The position numbers and the translations under genes were made by a program. A stretch of 64,000 bases of DNA. It comes from Ostreococcus lucimarinus. Taxonomy: Eukaryota. Positions within the stretch are counted from its first letter, which is position 1. Every line of letters starts with the position of its first letter. Below are positions 1-10,076 of this stretch, piece after piece. The stretch lies in assembly GCA_000092065.1 (NCBI GenBank), contig CP000595.1. One strand, 5' to 3'. Under the pieces are notes generated by a model. It saw only the letters and a program-made list of their open reading frames with translations, made no database searches and had not been told where the DNA came from.

Positions 1-200
1 CCCTAAACCCTAAACCCTAAACCCTAAACCCTAAACCCTAAACCCTAAACCCTAAACCCTAAACCCTAAACCCTAAACCCTAAACCCTAAACCCTAAACC
101 CTAAACCCTAAACCCTAAACCCTAAACCCTAAACCCTAAACCCTAAACCCTAAACCCTAAACCCTAAACCCTAAACCCTAAACCGAAACCCTAAACCCTA
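1..200. repeat. Telomeric repeat array (CCCTAAA)n, about 28 units, one degenerate unit (CCGAAAC) near the inner end; chromosome terminus
   Basis: Perfect 7-mer tandem repeat from position 1. The C-rich strand reads 5' to 3' on the plus strand, so this is a left chromosome end. This is the plant/green-algal telomere type (TTTAGGG on the G-strand). Confidence 0.95.
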
Positions 201-874
201 CGCATGAGGGAGGGAGGCGCTTCGGGAGAAGTGCCGTAACCGACCGACTAGCTAATACTTATTACACCCAACCCTAGGTTCTCTGGATCGTACTAAACCC
301 GAAAAGTCACTAGCATTCGCATCCGTCCTGTGCACCTTCACGACACCCTACGGCCATCACTCGTCGACCAGCACGGCACCGCAGACTTCCCCCTCGACGC
401 TCCGGACGTCTCCGGACTCTTGCGTCAAAGTGCCTTCTTCAGTGTTCGTGTTGGGCGACAAACGACCGGTCGTAGTTTGTCCTCTGTGAAAATAATGGAA
501 CCCCAAGCACTCATCTTGCGTGACACACAGTCGATTTGGGTAGAAAGCCTGCGGAGGATCCTTTATGCCGCAAGCTAAACCCTAGTTTCAGGGAGGCGCG
601 TTCGAGGGGCGACGCGCTGGGAGACGACGCGGGACGACGACGGCGCGGGTTCGTTGTGATATTACGAGAGAATTTCGACTCTCTCTTCGATTCGTATTTT
701 TTTAGATTTTTCCGACTCATCTAATTCTCGCACATCCTCGGTGTACTCGCGCCGTGCGCGCTCGCTTCGCGCGCTCGCGTCTCGAGGGGCGAATCTCTTC
801 AGCAGGACAGGCAAGGCAAAACAATTAATTCTTCTTCATGTTCGCTATCGTTGCTAGTCGCTAAATTCGAAACA

Positions 875-3800
875 TCAAAGTGGTTCGCCGTCTTTCAGGC
901 ATTTGTCGATGTGCGCGTTAATGGTTTCGCTTTTCGCGCCTTCCGGAAACTGTTCGCCGCAGATGCAGCATTCTGCTTTCGTCCGTTTATTCGCGTTTTC
1001 AGTGAGATCGAAGAACGGCTTCTTCGGTTTGTCTTGTTGAACCGCGGTGACACCGACGGCTTGGTGAGATCGTTTTGACGAAGCGGCGTTTGTCGCCGGT
1101 TTCGCCTTCGCGGCGGCGCCGAAGAAATCCACAATCGTCTTCGTCTTCCGAAAGCACTTCGCCCTGGAGGCTGCGTCTACCGGGGTAGGTGCTTCGATCG
1201 ACACACCTAAGATGGCGTTCATATTTTCGTCGCCGTCGCCGTCACCGCCATCCAACAAAGCGAGCGACTCCGGAGTGGAGAATTTTTCTGCCCATTGAAC
1301 TTCGATGCTTTCCTTCACGTGCGCAAGCAAGGTCTCGGGATATCTCAAACCGATGACTTTGCGGCCAACTTCGTCGACGACACGCACCGTGCGCATGCCG
1401 CGATCGGCCTTATTAAACTTGTGCGCGTTTCTATCCAAAGTTCGTTCGAGCTCTCCCCAGCAAGGCACGACGGCGCCGCTGATCACGGTGCAGTCAACCG
1501 TGCGTTTGCCCGCGGTACAAGCGCCCATGGTTTGTCGAACGTGACAATTCACGCCGTGCATGCAATGCTTCTCGGTCAATTCGTGCACAAGATCCCACGG
1601 TTGTTTCGCCACGTCGGGCGTGCACATCATGTATTTGCCGCGCAATTCGTCGTACTCCATCTCGAAAAGACTTGCGCCGGTGTTCGGACGCCACAGCATG
1701 AACAAGTTTCGCGAACCTGGCTTGGTGATGGCCAGAACGACTTGCGCGCGCCCATACATCTCGCGCTTCATCTTGTAGAAGCCGTCTCGATCGTGATTCT
1801 TGCTCTTTTCCAAAATATCCAGCGCACGCTCAAACGAAATACCGCGATCTATGAAAACCTTGGTCGACACGAGTTTTTGTCCGTGGTACGGATCCTTAAG
1901 AATCGTCTTCGACTCTGGTTCGATGCGAATGGAAGAACCACCGAGATCGCTCACGCCCTCCGTGTACTTCCCCTCAGCCTTTGCTAATTTGATTTCGCAA
2001 TCCAAGGTTTCAGCAAAGTATGCAAACATGATATTTTGCGTTCGCACCGGAAGTCCAAGTAGGCGATTGAGAAACTTGCGCACGTCGCCGAGATCTTTGT
2101 TGCCGTATCCAATTTCCTGCAGCAGCGTCGCTTCTTCGACCGAAAAGCCGTCATTTCGCAGTCCAACCTGCACTCCGAGCTCCAATAACGCTGAACGAAG
2201 TTCAAGCTTCAAATCCTGCCAGCTCGAGATGGGTTTCCCCTCGAGATCGTCGTCGTTCACATGCGACATGATGCCCTCGAGCGTGACGCCCGACGGGAGA
2301 TTCGCATCGAGCGCGACGAGCGCCTCGTAGAGCTTCTTCAACGCGTGTCGCCCGAGTGACGAGTCGAGATTGCCATCGGATAAATCAATGCCAGTCGCCG
2401 CACGTCGATCACCTCTCGTCAACGCCCCGAGACTTTGCAAGCGTCGTGCGACGGCGGCGACGAAGCGTCTTTCGCCTCCGATATTCGTCGAGCACATCAC
2501 GTACACTGGACCCGTAATCTGATTGGATCGATGCGTGCGACCGAGCTGCTGAATCGCCTTGTCCGCACTCCATGGAAGTTCTATCGTGACGTGCACGCGG
2601 CGGCGGACATTTTTCGCGCCTTTCGACGCGTGCAATGAAATCCCGGTACTAGCCGCGTCCGAAATTATGGCCACACGTTTGTCACCATTCATAAACGCGT
2701 TCTTCTCGGCGATGTTCACTCCGAGCACATCACCGTCGCCGCTGATGCTCGTTCCTTTTCTAGACGCCGTCGTGCCACGCGATTCGTACATGAGCCTATC
2801 GCCTCGACGCACGATGCGACCGCTTCTTCCCGTGAGTTCGGCAACTTCTGTCGGCCCTCCGAGCCCATCAATCAGAGCATCGAGAAAGTTCGGCGGTAAC
2901 CTCAACTTGATGACTTTATTGATCAACTCTTCCTTAGCGTCCACGAGCTCTTCGTCGACCTTGGCTGGGGCATTCGTGTGAAAACGACCAGTGTAGCCTT
3001 CGCTCTCTACCTCCGCGCCGCCTGCACGCCTCCAATCGCTCGACCAATCGGAAGGCGCCGACTTTTCCGCCGCCGCTCCGTCTGAAGCGCCGTGGATTTC
3101 AGTCGGAAAGTGCACGTTCAAGAAATTGACGAGCATTTCGCGCGTCGTACTCAGGAACCCGAACTCCGTGACGTCTTCACCAAAAGTCAAGTTGGCTGAC
3201 GCATCTTGAGACTCACCTGTCGTTTGCAACCCGATGACGACGCATTGCTCTCGCGCGAGCGCCTCGTTCGCCTTGGCGATGACCGCCGGAACTTTCATGC
3301 TGATGCACAAGAGCTTGAAGAATCTTTGATGGACGCTCCAATACGCACTCCAAACGCCTTTTCCATCGGAACCAGTTCGACGCACAGCTTCGATACACGC
3401 ATTACGGATGAGCGACATCAAGTCGCACGCGTCATCGTACATTTGACGCTGCTCTTTGCTGAGCGCGATCGTGTACTGCTCAAACTCTGCCTGCCTAAAA
3501 GATAAACCTCGACTAACATACTTCCCACTTGCCTTCATTTCCATGGCGAGCATTTCTAAAAATCCTACACCGCGAGACTTCATGCTCTCAATGAACGTAT
3601 CCGCGGATTTAAATGGCGTCCCTTTGCCCCAGAAACCGAGTCTGGCCAAGTAGGTCATGTGCCCAACTTCAGAGATACCTGTGGCGCTCGCGTACACAAC
3701 GCGCGCGCGAGGACAGCGTTCCTGAAACGCAATCACAGCCGCCGCAACTTTACTACCCGAATCAGAAGACGCGCTAAAGTTCTTTGCCTTGTGGCACTCG

Positions 3801-4651
3801 TCAAAAATCACGACGCCCTCGGCGTCTTCGCCGCCGAACCAATTTACGATTTGATCGAGACGACTCTTCTTCTGCGTCTTGCTCACTAACGTGCTGTAGG
3901 TGGTAAACAACACGCCCTCTTGATACTCTTTCGATAACCCGAACGCGCGAGTTTCGCGATCGAGCTCTGGGCACGAATTAATAACCTTAATAGTGCTTCC
4001 CAAATCGCTCAAGTCGCGCTCGGCGTCTCGGTGTAAATCGCCCGAGCTCGATATCCAAACCGCTTTCCGACGGCCTCGCACGAAATTATCGATAATAATT
4101 CCACTAATTTGTCGTCCCTTGCCCACCCCCGCACCGTCGCCAATCATGAAACCCGAACGCTTGCCATCCGGCGCGAATTCGCAGTGCTTTTGACACGCGA
4201 ACATGACACCCTCCAGTTGGAGCTTGCTCAGTTTTCCAGTCTCCACGAAATCGTCGCCGATGGCGTCAAATAAAGGATACTTGGCCGGTGGTAAATCGAT
4301 GCTCGCCAGCGACGCGGCTTCGGCGATATCTCCCGGGTGTACGCGTCCTCTCTGCGCCCGTCGATGAAATAATATATGCCCAGTCAGTCGTCGGTTTTGA
4401 ATCATCTTGCAAAAGCATCCGTCTCGACGCGAACGTGCGCGCGCGCGCCGTACCTCGATGGAGTGACACGTGTATCCGCTGAAAACTTCACCCACGACCT
4501 CGCTCACGGACTCCTGCGCCCCTAACCCATCGTTCCCGCGTTCGCTCGACGGAAGGCCGTCGTGCGCGCGCGATGCCGACAGCTCGACGTCGTCGCCACC
4601 GTTCGTCGTCGTCGTCGTCGTCGCGCGCGCACCGCCGTCCTCGCTGGACAT
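875..4651 (-). CDS. Strawberry-notch (SBNO)-like DExD/H helicase with C-terminal Rad18-type UBZ4 zinc finger
   Basis: ORF 875..4669; the first ATG is at 4651 (the ORF-track start codon is GTG). Motifs FMIGDGAGVGKGRQISGIII (P-loop) and VVIFDECHKAKN are characteristic of SBNO. The C-terminal CCICGEQFPEGAKSETINAHIDKCL matches the UBZ4 pattern of RAD18/WRNIP1 (CPVCGVNIPESHINKHLDSCL). Confidence 0.85.
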   Translation of the reverse strand: MSSEDGGARATTTTTTNGGDDVELSASRAHDGLPSSERGNDGLGAQESVSEVVGEVFSGYTCHSIEVRRARARSRRDGCFCKMIQNRRLTGHILFHRRAQRGRVHPGDIAEAASLASIDLPPAKYPLFDAIGDDFVETGKLSKLQLEGVMFACQKHCEFAPDGKRSGFMIGDGAGVGKGRQISGIIIDNFVRGRRKAVWISSSGDLHRDAERDLSDLGSTIKVINSCPELDRETRAFGLSKEYQEGVLFTTYSTLVSKTQKKSRLDQIVNWFGGEDAEGVVIFDECHKAKNFSASSDSGSKVAAAVIAFQERCPRARVVYASATGISEVGHMTYLARLGFWGKGTPFKSADTFIESMKSRGVGFLEMLAMEMKASGKYVSRGLSFRQAEFEQYTIALSKEQRQMYDDACDLMSLIRNACIEAVRRTGSDGKGVWSAYWSVHQRFFKLLCISMKVPAVIAKANEALAREQCVVIGLQTTGESQDASANLTFGEDVTEFGFLSTTREMLVNFLNVHFPTEIHGASDGAAAEKSAPSDWSSDWRRAGGAEVESEGYTGRFHTNAPAKVDEELVDAKEELINKVIKLRLPPNFLDALIDGLGGPTEVAELTGRSGRIVRRGDRLMYESRGTTASRKGTSISGDGDVLGVNIAEKNAFMNGDKRVAIISDAASTGISLHASKGAKNVRRRVHVTIELPWSADKAIQQLGRTHRSNQITGPVYVMCSTNIGGERRFVAAVARRLQSLGALTRGDRRAATGIDLSDGNLDSSLGRHALKKLYEALVALDANLPSGVTLEGIMSHVNDDDLEGKPISSWQDLKLELRSALLELGVQVGLRNDGFSVEEATLLQEIGYGNKDLGDVRKFLNRLLGLPVRTQNIMFAYFAETLDCEIKLAKAEGKYTEGVSDLGGSSIRIEPESKTILKDPYHGQKLVSTKVFIDRGISFERALDILEKSKNHDRDGFYKMKREMYGRAQVVLAITKPGSRNLFMLWRPNTGASLFEMEYDELRGKYMMCTPDVAKQPWDLVHELTEKHCMHGVNCHVRQTMGACTAGKRTVDCTVISGAVVPCWGELERTLDRNAHKFNKADRGMRTVRVVDEVGRKVIGLRYPETLLAHVKESIEVQWAEKFSTPESLALLDGGDGDGDENMNAILGVSIEAPTPVDAASRAKCFRKTKTIVDFFGAAAKAKPATNAASSKRSHQAVGVTAVQQDKPKKPFFDLTENANKRTKAECCICGEQFPEGAKSETINAHIDKCLKDGEPL

Positions 4652-4865
4652 GACGACGACGAGTCGCACGTTCGCGATTGAACCGTCGCCGCGGTCACCG
4701 CGCTCGCGATCACAGCGCGCGCGCTTCTATGTCGGCAGTCTGGGGCGCTGGCGTCATCGGCGTCCATCGGTCCGCACACGACGCCGCACACGTCCGCACA
4801 CGACGCCGCCGTTCGGTGCGAAACCGTCGCGATAGACGACGACGACGACGAGGACGATCGTTCGT

Positions 4866-5177
4866 ATGGGTTGGTTCACGTCTAGCGCGACGACGGTCGA
4901 GGGGTGTCAGCGAATCGCCAGCGCGTGCGCGCCCAAGGCATCCGCGTTGAAGCAGTGCGTCGCGATTAACGGCGAACGCGCGTGCGAGGGGTTGGCGAGC
5001 GATTACGAGCTGTGCCGAGCGACGCGAATGAAGGCATGCGAAGACATCGCAGAGGCGTTCGAGAAGTGCGGACGAAAGAACGTCCACTGGAACGGGCTTC
5101 CAGAGGACGCGCCCGATTGCGCGCGCGAGCTCAAGGCGATGCGCAAGTGTGTGCGGAAAAACTGGAGAACGGCGTGA
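4866..5177 (+). CDS. Small twin-Cx9C (double CHCH) protein, probably of the mitochondrial intermembrane space
   Basis: 103-aa ORF with four Cx9C motifs (CAPKASALKQC, CEGLASDYELC, CEDIAEAFEKC, CARELKAMRKC). GC3 is high, consistent with real coding. Confidence 0.55.
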   Translation: MGWFTSSATTVEGCQRIASACAPKASALKQCVAINGERACEGLASDYELCRATRMKACEDIAEAFEKCGRKNVHWNGLPEDAPDCARELKAMRKCVRKNWRTA

Positions 5178-5315
5178 GAACGACGGACGCGCGCGTGGGG
5201 AATTTATTTTTAATGTTAGATCTCATTAGTTACCGGTAGACGTGATCCATCGTTCCTTCGCCGCGAACGCCCTCGCGCGGACGCTCGACGCCGCGCAGAC
5301 CGCACACCGCAACGC

Positions 5316-5421
5316 ATGCGCGGGGCGATAGCGCGAGAGTCGCGTCGTCGTGCGAACATGTCCGACGCTCCCGCTTCGTCGACGGCGTGGTGGCGTCGTC
5401 GCGAGCTCCTCGCGACGCGCA

Positions 5422-5462
<41 letters not shown>

Positions 5463-6869
5463 GCAGAGGAGGAGCGGCTCGCGAATGATGCGAAAGCGCG
5501 AGTTCAAAGCGGCGTTCTGGCGACGTTCGCGACGTGGTTCGATCATCGAGGCGGAAAAATACACGAAAGGGTGCGCATGACGTACAGACCGAATTTCGGT
5601 TGGTCGCTCGAGGCGGACGGTGACATCGCCGACGGCGAGAGGCTCGTCTCTCTGCCGCCGAAACTCATGTTGCGGTGCGACTCCGACGACGTCAGCGAGC
5701 CGCTGAAGAACGTCGTCGATCGAGTGCCGAACGAATTTTGGAGCTCGAAAGTAGGCTTGGTGCTGCTTCGCGAGCGCGTGGCCGGCGCCCACTCGGCGTT
5801 TGCACCATATATCACGCTCCTTCCTGCGGTACACGAAGGCTCGCCCACGTTTTTCCCGCCGGACGCCGTTCGAGCGCTGGAATACGCTCCGATCGTACAG
5901 CAAATCAATAAGCGTGCGCGATTCCTCGGTACTTTCGCTGGAAACGCTCTAACGGTGGATGATGGCGAGAGTTACGTCGACGAAGCTCACCCTGGGCGAC
6001 AGCGCGTGGAGATGACGATTGACGCGAACGCGCTCGGATGGGCCACTGCTTGCGCGAGCAGCAGGGCGTTCAAGGTTGGTGCGAACTCGGCTCCGGCGAT
6101 GCTTCCGGTCATAGATATCTGCAACCACTCGTTCAATCCATCCGTCAGTGTGCGGGCTATCGAAGAAGGCGACAACGCCGGTGGCGTCGAGTTGATTGCT
6201 CGACGCGCGTTGACGTCCGGCGAGCCCATAGAGTTGAGCTACGGGAACTTGTCCAACGACGAGCTATTGCTCGATTACGGATTCATAGTCAAAGACAATC
6301 CGTTCGACTGCGTGAAACTCAGGTGGGACTTAAAGCTCATCGAGCTCGCTCGCGAAATCGGAGGCTTAGCCGCAGCACCGATCGGTGCGGCGACGAGCGA
6401 GTCGGCGAGCGAATCCGCGACGCATCTAGACACCGTCGCGAAGGTGGCGCCTTGGCAAGCGACGGCGCTTGAGAGAATTGGATTAGTCGGAGATGACCCG
6501 AACGTTGAGTTAAGCGTGTTCGGCGCGGGTCAAGTGATGGATAAAAAGGCGCTCGCGGGCCTACGCGTGTTATATTCGAAATCATCGGCGGAGGCTTCGC
6601 GCGCGGCGGACGCGCCGTTCGGCGAGATTGACGCAGACGTGGTTTCGAAGGATACGGAAATCAAAGCTCTGCGCACGTGCATGTCTCTTTTGGCTTTGGC
6701 GCTCGGCAACTTCTCGACGACGCTCGAGAAGGACGAAGAGTTACACGACGCCGCGACGTCTCCGCAAGTGAGGTTAGCCATCGCTTTTCGCATGGAGAAG
6801 AAAAAAGTGCTGGCGAAGAGTATGGCACGCTTAAACGAATCGATCGAGCGTCTGCAGAGAGACGAGTAG
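5316..6869 (+). CDS. SET-domain protein-lysine methyltransferase, Rubisco LSMT-like
   Basis: SET motifs NHSFNPSV...ELSYGNLSNDELLLDYGF and an LSMT-like C-terminal substrate-binding region. ATG at 5316. Confidence 0.75.
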
Positions 6870-6981
6870 CGACATAGCGACTCATTAGAACAATTATCAA
6901 GATCTTGATGGATATACTGCGTAAACCTTGACATCTGGAAGTGAAATTTAATATTGCACCTTTCTCTAAACGTATCGGCAA

Positions 6982-8403
6982 TTAGATGTCGCCGTAATCG
7001 ATGACGACGCGGCTCTCAGTGACGGCGGCGTCCAAGTCCGTGTACCTAGCCATTCCCTTGATCATCTTCGCTCCGCCAGTTCCCATGGGAACCTGCACGA
7101 ACTGACCGTCGGGTCCGGAGCCTGGGACTTGCATCATCATCACCCCTCCGAACCGCTTTTTGTGATCCTTTTTGTTCTCCTTGCGGTGTTCGTCGTACTT
7201 TAAGAATTCGACGACATTCTTGCGGTACTGTTCGTCAAAAAGCCGCTCTCGCATGTCTTCGACGTGATGCGCTTGCTTCGTCTTGATGTGCTTGATGACG
7301 AATTCTTCCGCGACAAAGAGCTTGGTGCTCAACGTGCAACCAAATCTTTGCTCGTCGTGTTTCACGACGCAAGATTGAATCCACTCGTCGAGCTTGCTCT
7401 CGATCTCAGACGTGCCGAGCTTCTTCACCTGGGGATCGCCCTCCGCGATGCGTCGCTTCACGTTCGCGTCGACCGTCGCGAACAGACGAACGGCGTACGG
7501 ATTTTGCGCAATCGAGGAGACCGGGGTGTCCTCCGGCTTTGGATCGCGCTTCGCGAACGCCGAGGGAAGCTTTTCAAGAAACGTCACCGGTTGCATTTCG
7601 GAGATACGTCTGTAGTAATCCACGCCGTGCACGCGAACCAAGTAGCACAATCGCTCGTCCAACTTCTCCGGCGTGCTAGCCTCGTTTCCGAGCGCCTCGA
7701 GCGCGGCGACGTCGTCCTCGGCGGCTTCGGCGTCCATCCCCGAGTCTTCGTCGCCGTCCAACAATGGATTGTTGTCGATGCCCTTTTCCGCGTCCAAGGC
7801 GGCGATGAGTCGACCGGTTTGCTTATAGTCGGTTCCGAGGCGAGTGGGGTGCCACGCTTCGATGGGCACCATCGAGCGCCTCTTTTCCTGCTGGTGTTCA
7901 CCTTGGTGTTCGCCTTCGCCCATGTCGGCGTCTTTTCCTTCCGCGTCACCTTCGTCGTAAATCCGTAAGCTCCCGTCCGCTTTCGACGCGAAGAACTCGT
8001 GCGCACGGGCGCAAGCGAGCTCGTCGCGTCTCTTCAGCGTCTCCACGAGCACGCGCGGATCATTTCGCGCGCGTTCGCCTTCGTCGTGCCTGTGATCTCG
8101 AAAGTACCTCTCGTAAAACGCCTCTTGATTCTCCTTCTTGTACTCTTCGTATCGCCTCTCAGCCTCCGCGGGCGTGGTGTCGTCGCGCAAGTACTTGTAG
8201 CAGAAATCACGAAACGACAGCGCGCCGTCGTCGCGCCGTCCTCGCCCTCGTCCTCCCCCGCCTCGTCCCCCGCCTCGTCCGCCGCGGTGGCCGTCGTCGC
8301 CGTACGGGTGGTGTCGATCTCCGCCGCGATCGCCTCGTCCGCGTCCTCTTCTCCGGCTTCCTCCCCCCCCGTCGTCGTAATACTGCTCCTGGTCGACGTC
8401 CAT
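6982..8403 (-). CDS. SERRATE/ARS2 (SRRT) homolog, RNA-processing zinc-finger protein
   Basis: RG-rich N-terminus, then FRDFCYKYLRDDTTPAEAERRYEEYKKE (DUF3546-like ARS2 N-domain), a C2H2-like FGCTLSTKLFVAEEFVIKHIKTK, and the ARS2-type C-terminus ...YTDLDAAV..VIDYGDI. ATG at 8403. Confidence 0.75.
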   Translation of the reverse strand: MDVDQEQYYDDGGGGSRRRGRGRGDRGGDRHHPYGDDGHRGGRGGGRGGGGRGRGRRDDGALSFRDFCYKYLRDDTTPAEAERRYEEYKKENQEAFYERYFRDHRHDEGERARNDPRVLVETLKRRDELACARAHEFFASKADGSLRIYDEGDAEGKDADMGEGEHQGEHQQEKRRSMVPIEAWHPTRLGTDYKQTGRLIAALDAEKGIDNNPLLDGDEDSGMDAEAAEDDVAALEALGNEASTPEKLDERLCYLVRVHGVDYYRRISEMQPVTFLEKLPSAFAKRDPKPEDTPVSSIAQNPYAVRLFATVDANVKRRIAEGDPQVKKLGTSEIESKLDEWIQSCVVKHDEQRFGCTLSTKLFVAEEFVIKHIKTKQAHHVEDMRERLFDEQYRKNVVEFLKYDEHRKENKKDHKKRFGGVMMMQVPGSGPDGQFVQVPMGTGGAKMIKGMARYTDLDAAVTESRVVIDYGDI

Positions 8404-9126
8404 CGCGACCGGCTCGACCTCGACCTCGGTTCGCGTCTACCGCGCGCGCGCCGTCGCGCTCGAGATCAGATTCGCGCCGACGCGGGTCCGTCTCGTTGCC
8501 GTCTCTGCGTCGCGGCTTCGACGACGACGCGAGCGATCGACGCGCGGTTCTCGTCTCGATCGACGAGCGCGCGCGAGTGCCGAGCGCGCGCGCGTGACGT
8601 CGCGAACCGCGAACGTGTGCGAATGGCGTCGATTCTCGCGCCTGAAAAAACGCGCGCGATGCATCAACCTAGGGTTTCGCGCGCGTGTGTTTATTTTCGC
8701 GCGAACGCGCGCACGATTTCGTATTCGAGTGACGTTCAGACCTGCGTAGATTTCGACCGACCGCGTATGCGTCACGATCGAGACGTCGACTTTCTTCGCG
8801 CAACGCGCGCGAATAGACACGGCGTCACACACGCCCGCGATTGAACGCGATTGAACGCGCGCGGCGCGCGCGGGCGACGCGCCGACGTCGTGCCGCGCGT
8901 CGCGCCGCGGAACGAGTGCGTCGCGTCGCGCGAGGCGCGCGAGCACTCGACGCGCGCGCGCGTTCGAGCGCGGCGGCGTGGCCGCGCGCGGCGAGAGGTG
9001 GACCGACGCGCGCGCGAGCGCGCGAGCGCGCGACGTTCGTTCGGGCGGTGACGTTCGTTCGGGCGGTGCGCGCGCCGAGGCGTCGGGTTCTCGCGAGGTC
9101 GCACGTCACCCGCGCAGAGAACGCGT

Positions 9127-9840
9127 ATGTCGACGCAACACGGCACGCGCGCGCGGGCGCTTGCGCGCGATCGTCGGCGCAAAGCGGTCGAAGGAGCAAA
9201 CGCGCTCGACGTGAAAACGACCGGGACGCCGCGCGTCGCCGCGCGACTTCACACAGACGAACCGACCGATGTTGCCACGGCATCCGACGCGGAGAAGAAC
9301 AGGGTTAGCTCTGCGAGCGCGGCGAAAGCGTCTTCAAGATCGAAACGTGCGAAGGGTGAACTCACAGAGTCGCCGACGTCGCCGAAACGCGAAGGCGAGT
9401 CGGCGGACGCCGAGGACGCGCGCGCGTTCGAAGACGAGGACAACGAAATGGACGAAGTCAGCTCGGGGGGCGATGAAGGACATATCGAGTCGATGCTCGC
9501 GACGGCAGGTAGCTCGCGAGGCGACGCGATGGATCCCGACGTCGATTTTTCCGCCGTGCTTCACGAAGTTCCGATTGAAATCAGAAGACGTCTCGCGCCC
9601 AACGAGTCTGGTTTCACGGAGTCGGTCACGCATTCAGAAGAGTCAACTTTTTGCAGAGGCTGTCGACGAACGCTGAGTGTGGTTCTTCATTTCGGTGTCA
9701 ACAACAAGACGTGTCGCCAGTGCTTGATTCGACAACGGCTGAAGAGGAAGAGGTGCGCCACGAGGAACTCGGAGCAGTTCGGCAACGGAAGGACTACTGA
9801 GGCTCGAAAGGATAAAGCAATGAATCCGACCGGTCCATGA
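9127..9840 (+). CDS. Hypothetical acidic protein with a C-terminal CxxC...CxxC cluster
   Basis: 237-aa ORF with ATG start. Acidic and low-complexity; the C-terminus reads CRGCRRTLSVVLHFGVNNKTCRQC followed by a basic KRKR. I recognise no family. Confidence 0.3.
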   Translation: MSTQHGTRARALARDRRRKAVEGANALDVKTTGTPRVAARLHTDEPTDVATASDAEKNRVSSASAAKASSRSKRAKGELTESPTSPKREGESADAEDARAFEDEDNEMDEVSSGGDEGHIESMLATAGSSRGDAMDPDVDFSAVLHEVPIEIRRRLAPNESGFTESVTHSEESTFCRGCRRTLSVVLHFGVNNKTCRQCLIRQRLKRKRCATRNSEQFGNGRTTEARKDKAMNPTGP

Positions 9841-10076
9841 ATAGCGATGGGTACGATCTACCCTATTAGTGAGATGCGCTCGGCGGCGTCGAGCGTTTCG
9901 GAGTTTAGTGATTTGCGTATTGAACGCTTCGGGTTTAGCCTCGTCGGCGAGCGCGAGAACGCGCGAGACGACAAATAGATCCGACCATACACCATCCAAC
10001 GATTCAATTTGTATTATTACTTACTTTGCACGCATTCAGCACTTTGTGACGTTATCTTGTATTCATTACGAAACTT

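Noticed and set aside
1295-1987. 230-aa plus-strand ORF inside the SBNO gene region
   Set aside because: Antisense to a helicase domain with strong homology; no motifs.
8404-9126. Very GC-rich (CGCGCG-dominated) 720-bp region with multiple R-rich ORFs on both strands between the ARS2 and 9127 genes
   Set aside because: Interpreted as a CpG-rich bidirectional promoter/intergenic region. ORFs there (8437-8946, 8772-9182, 8841-9308) are compositional artefacts.
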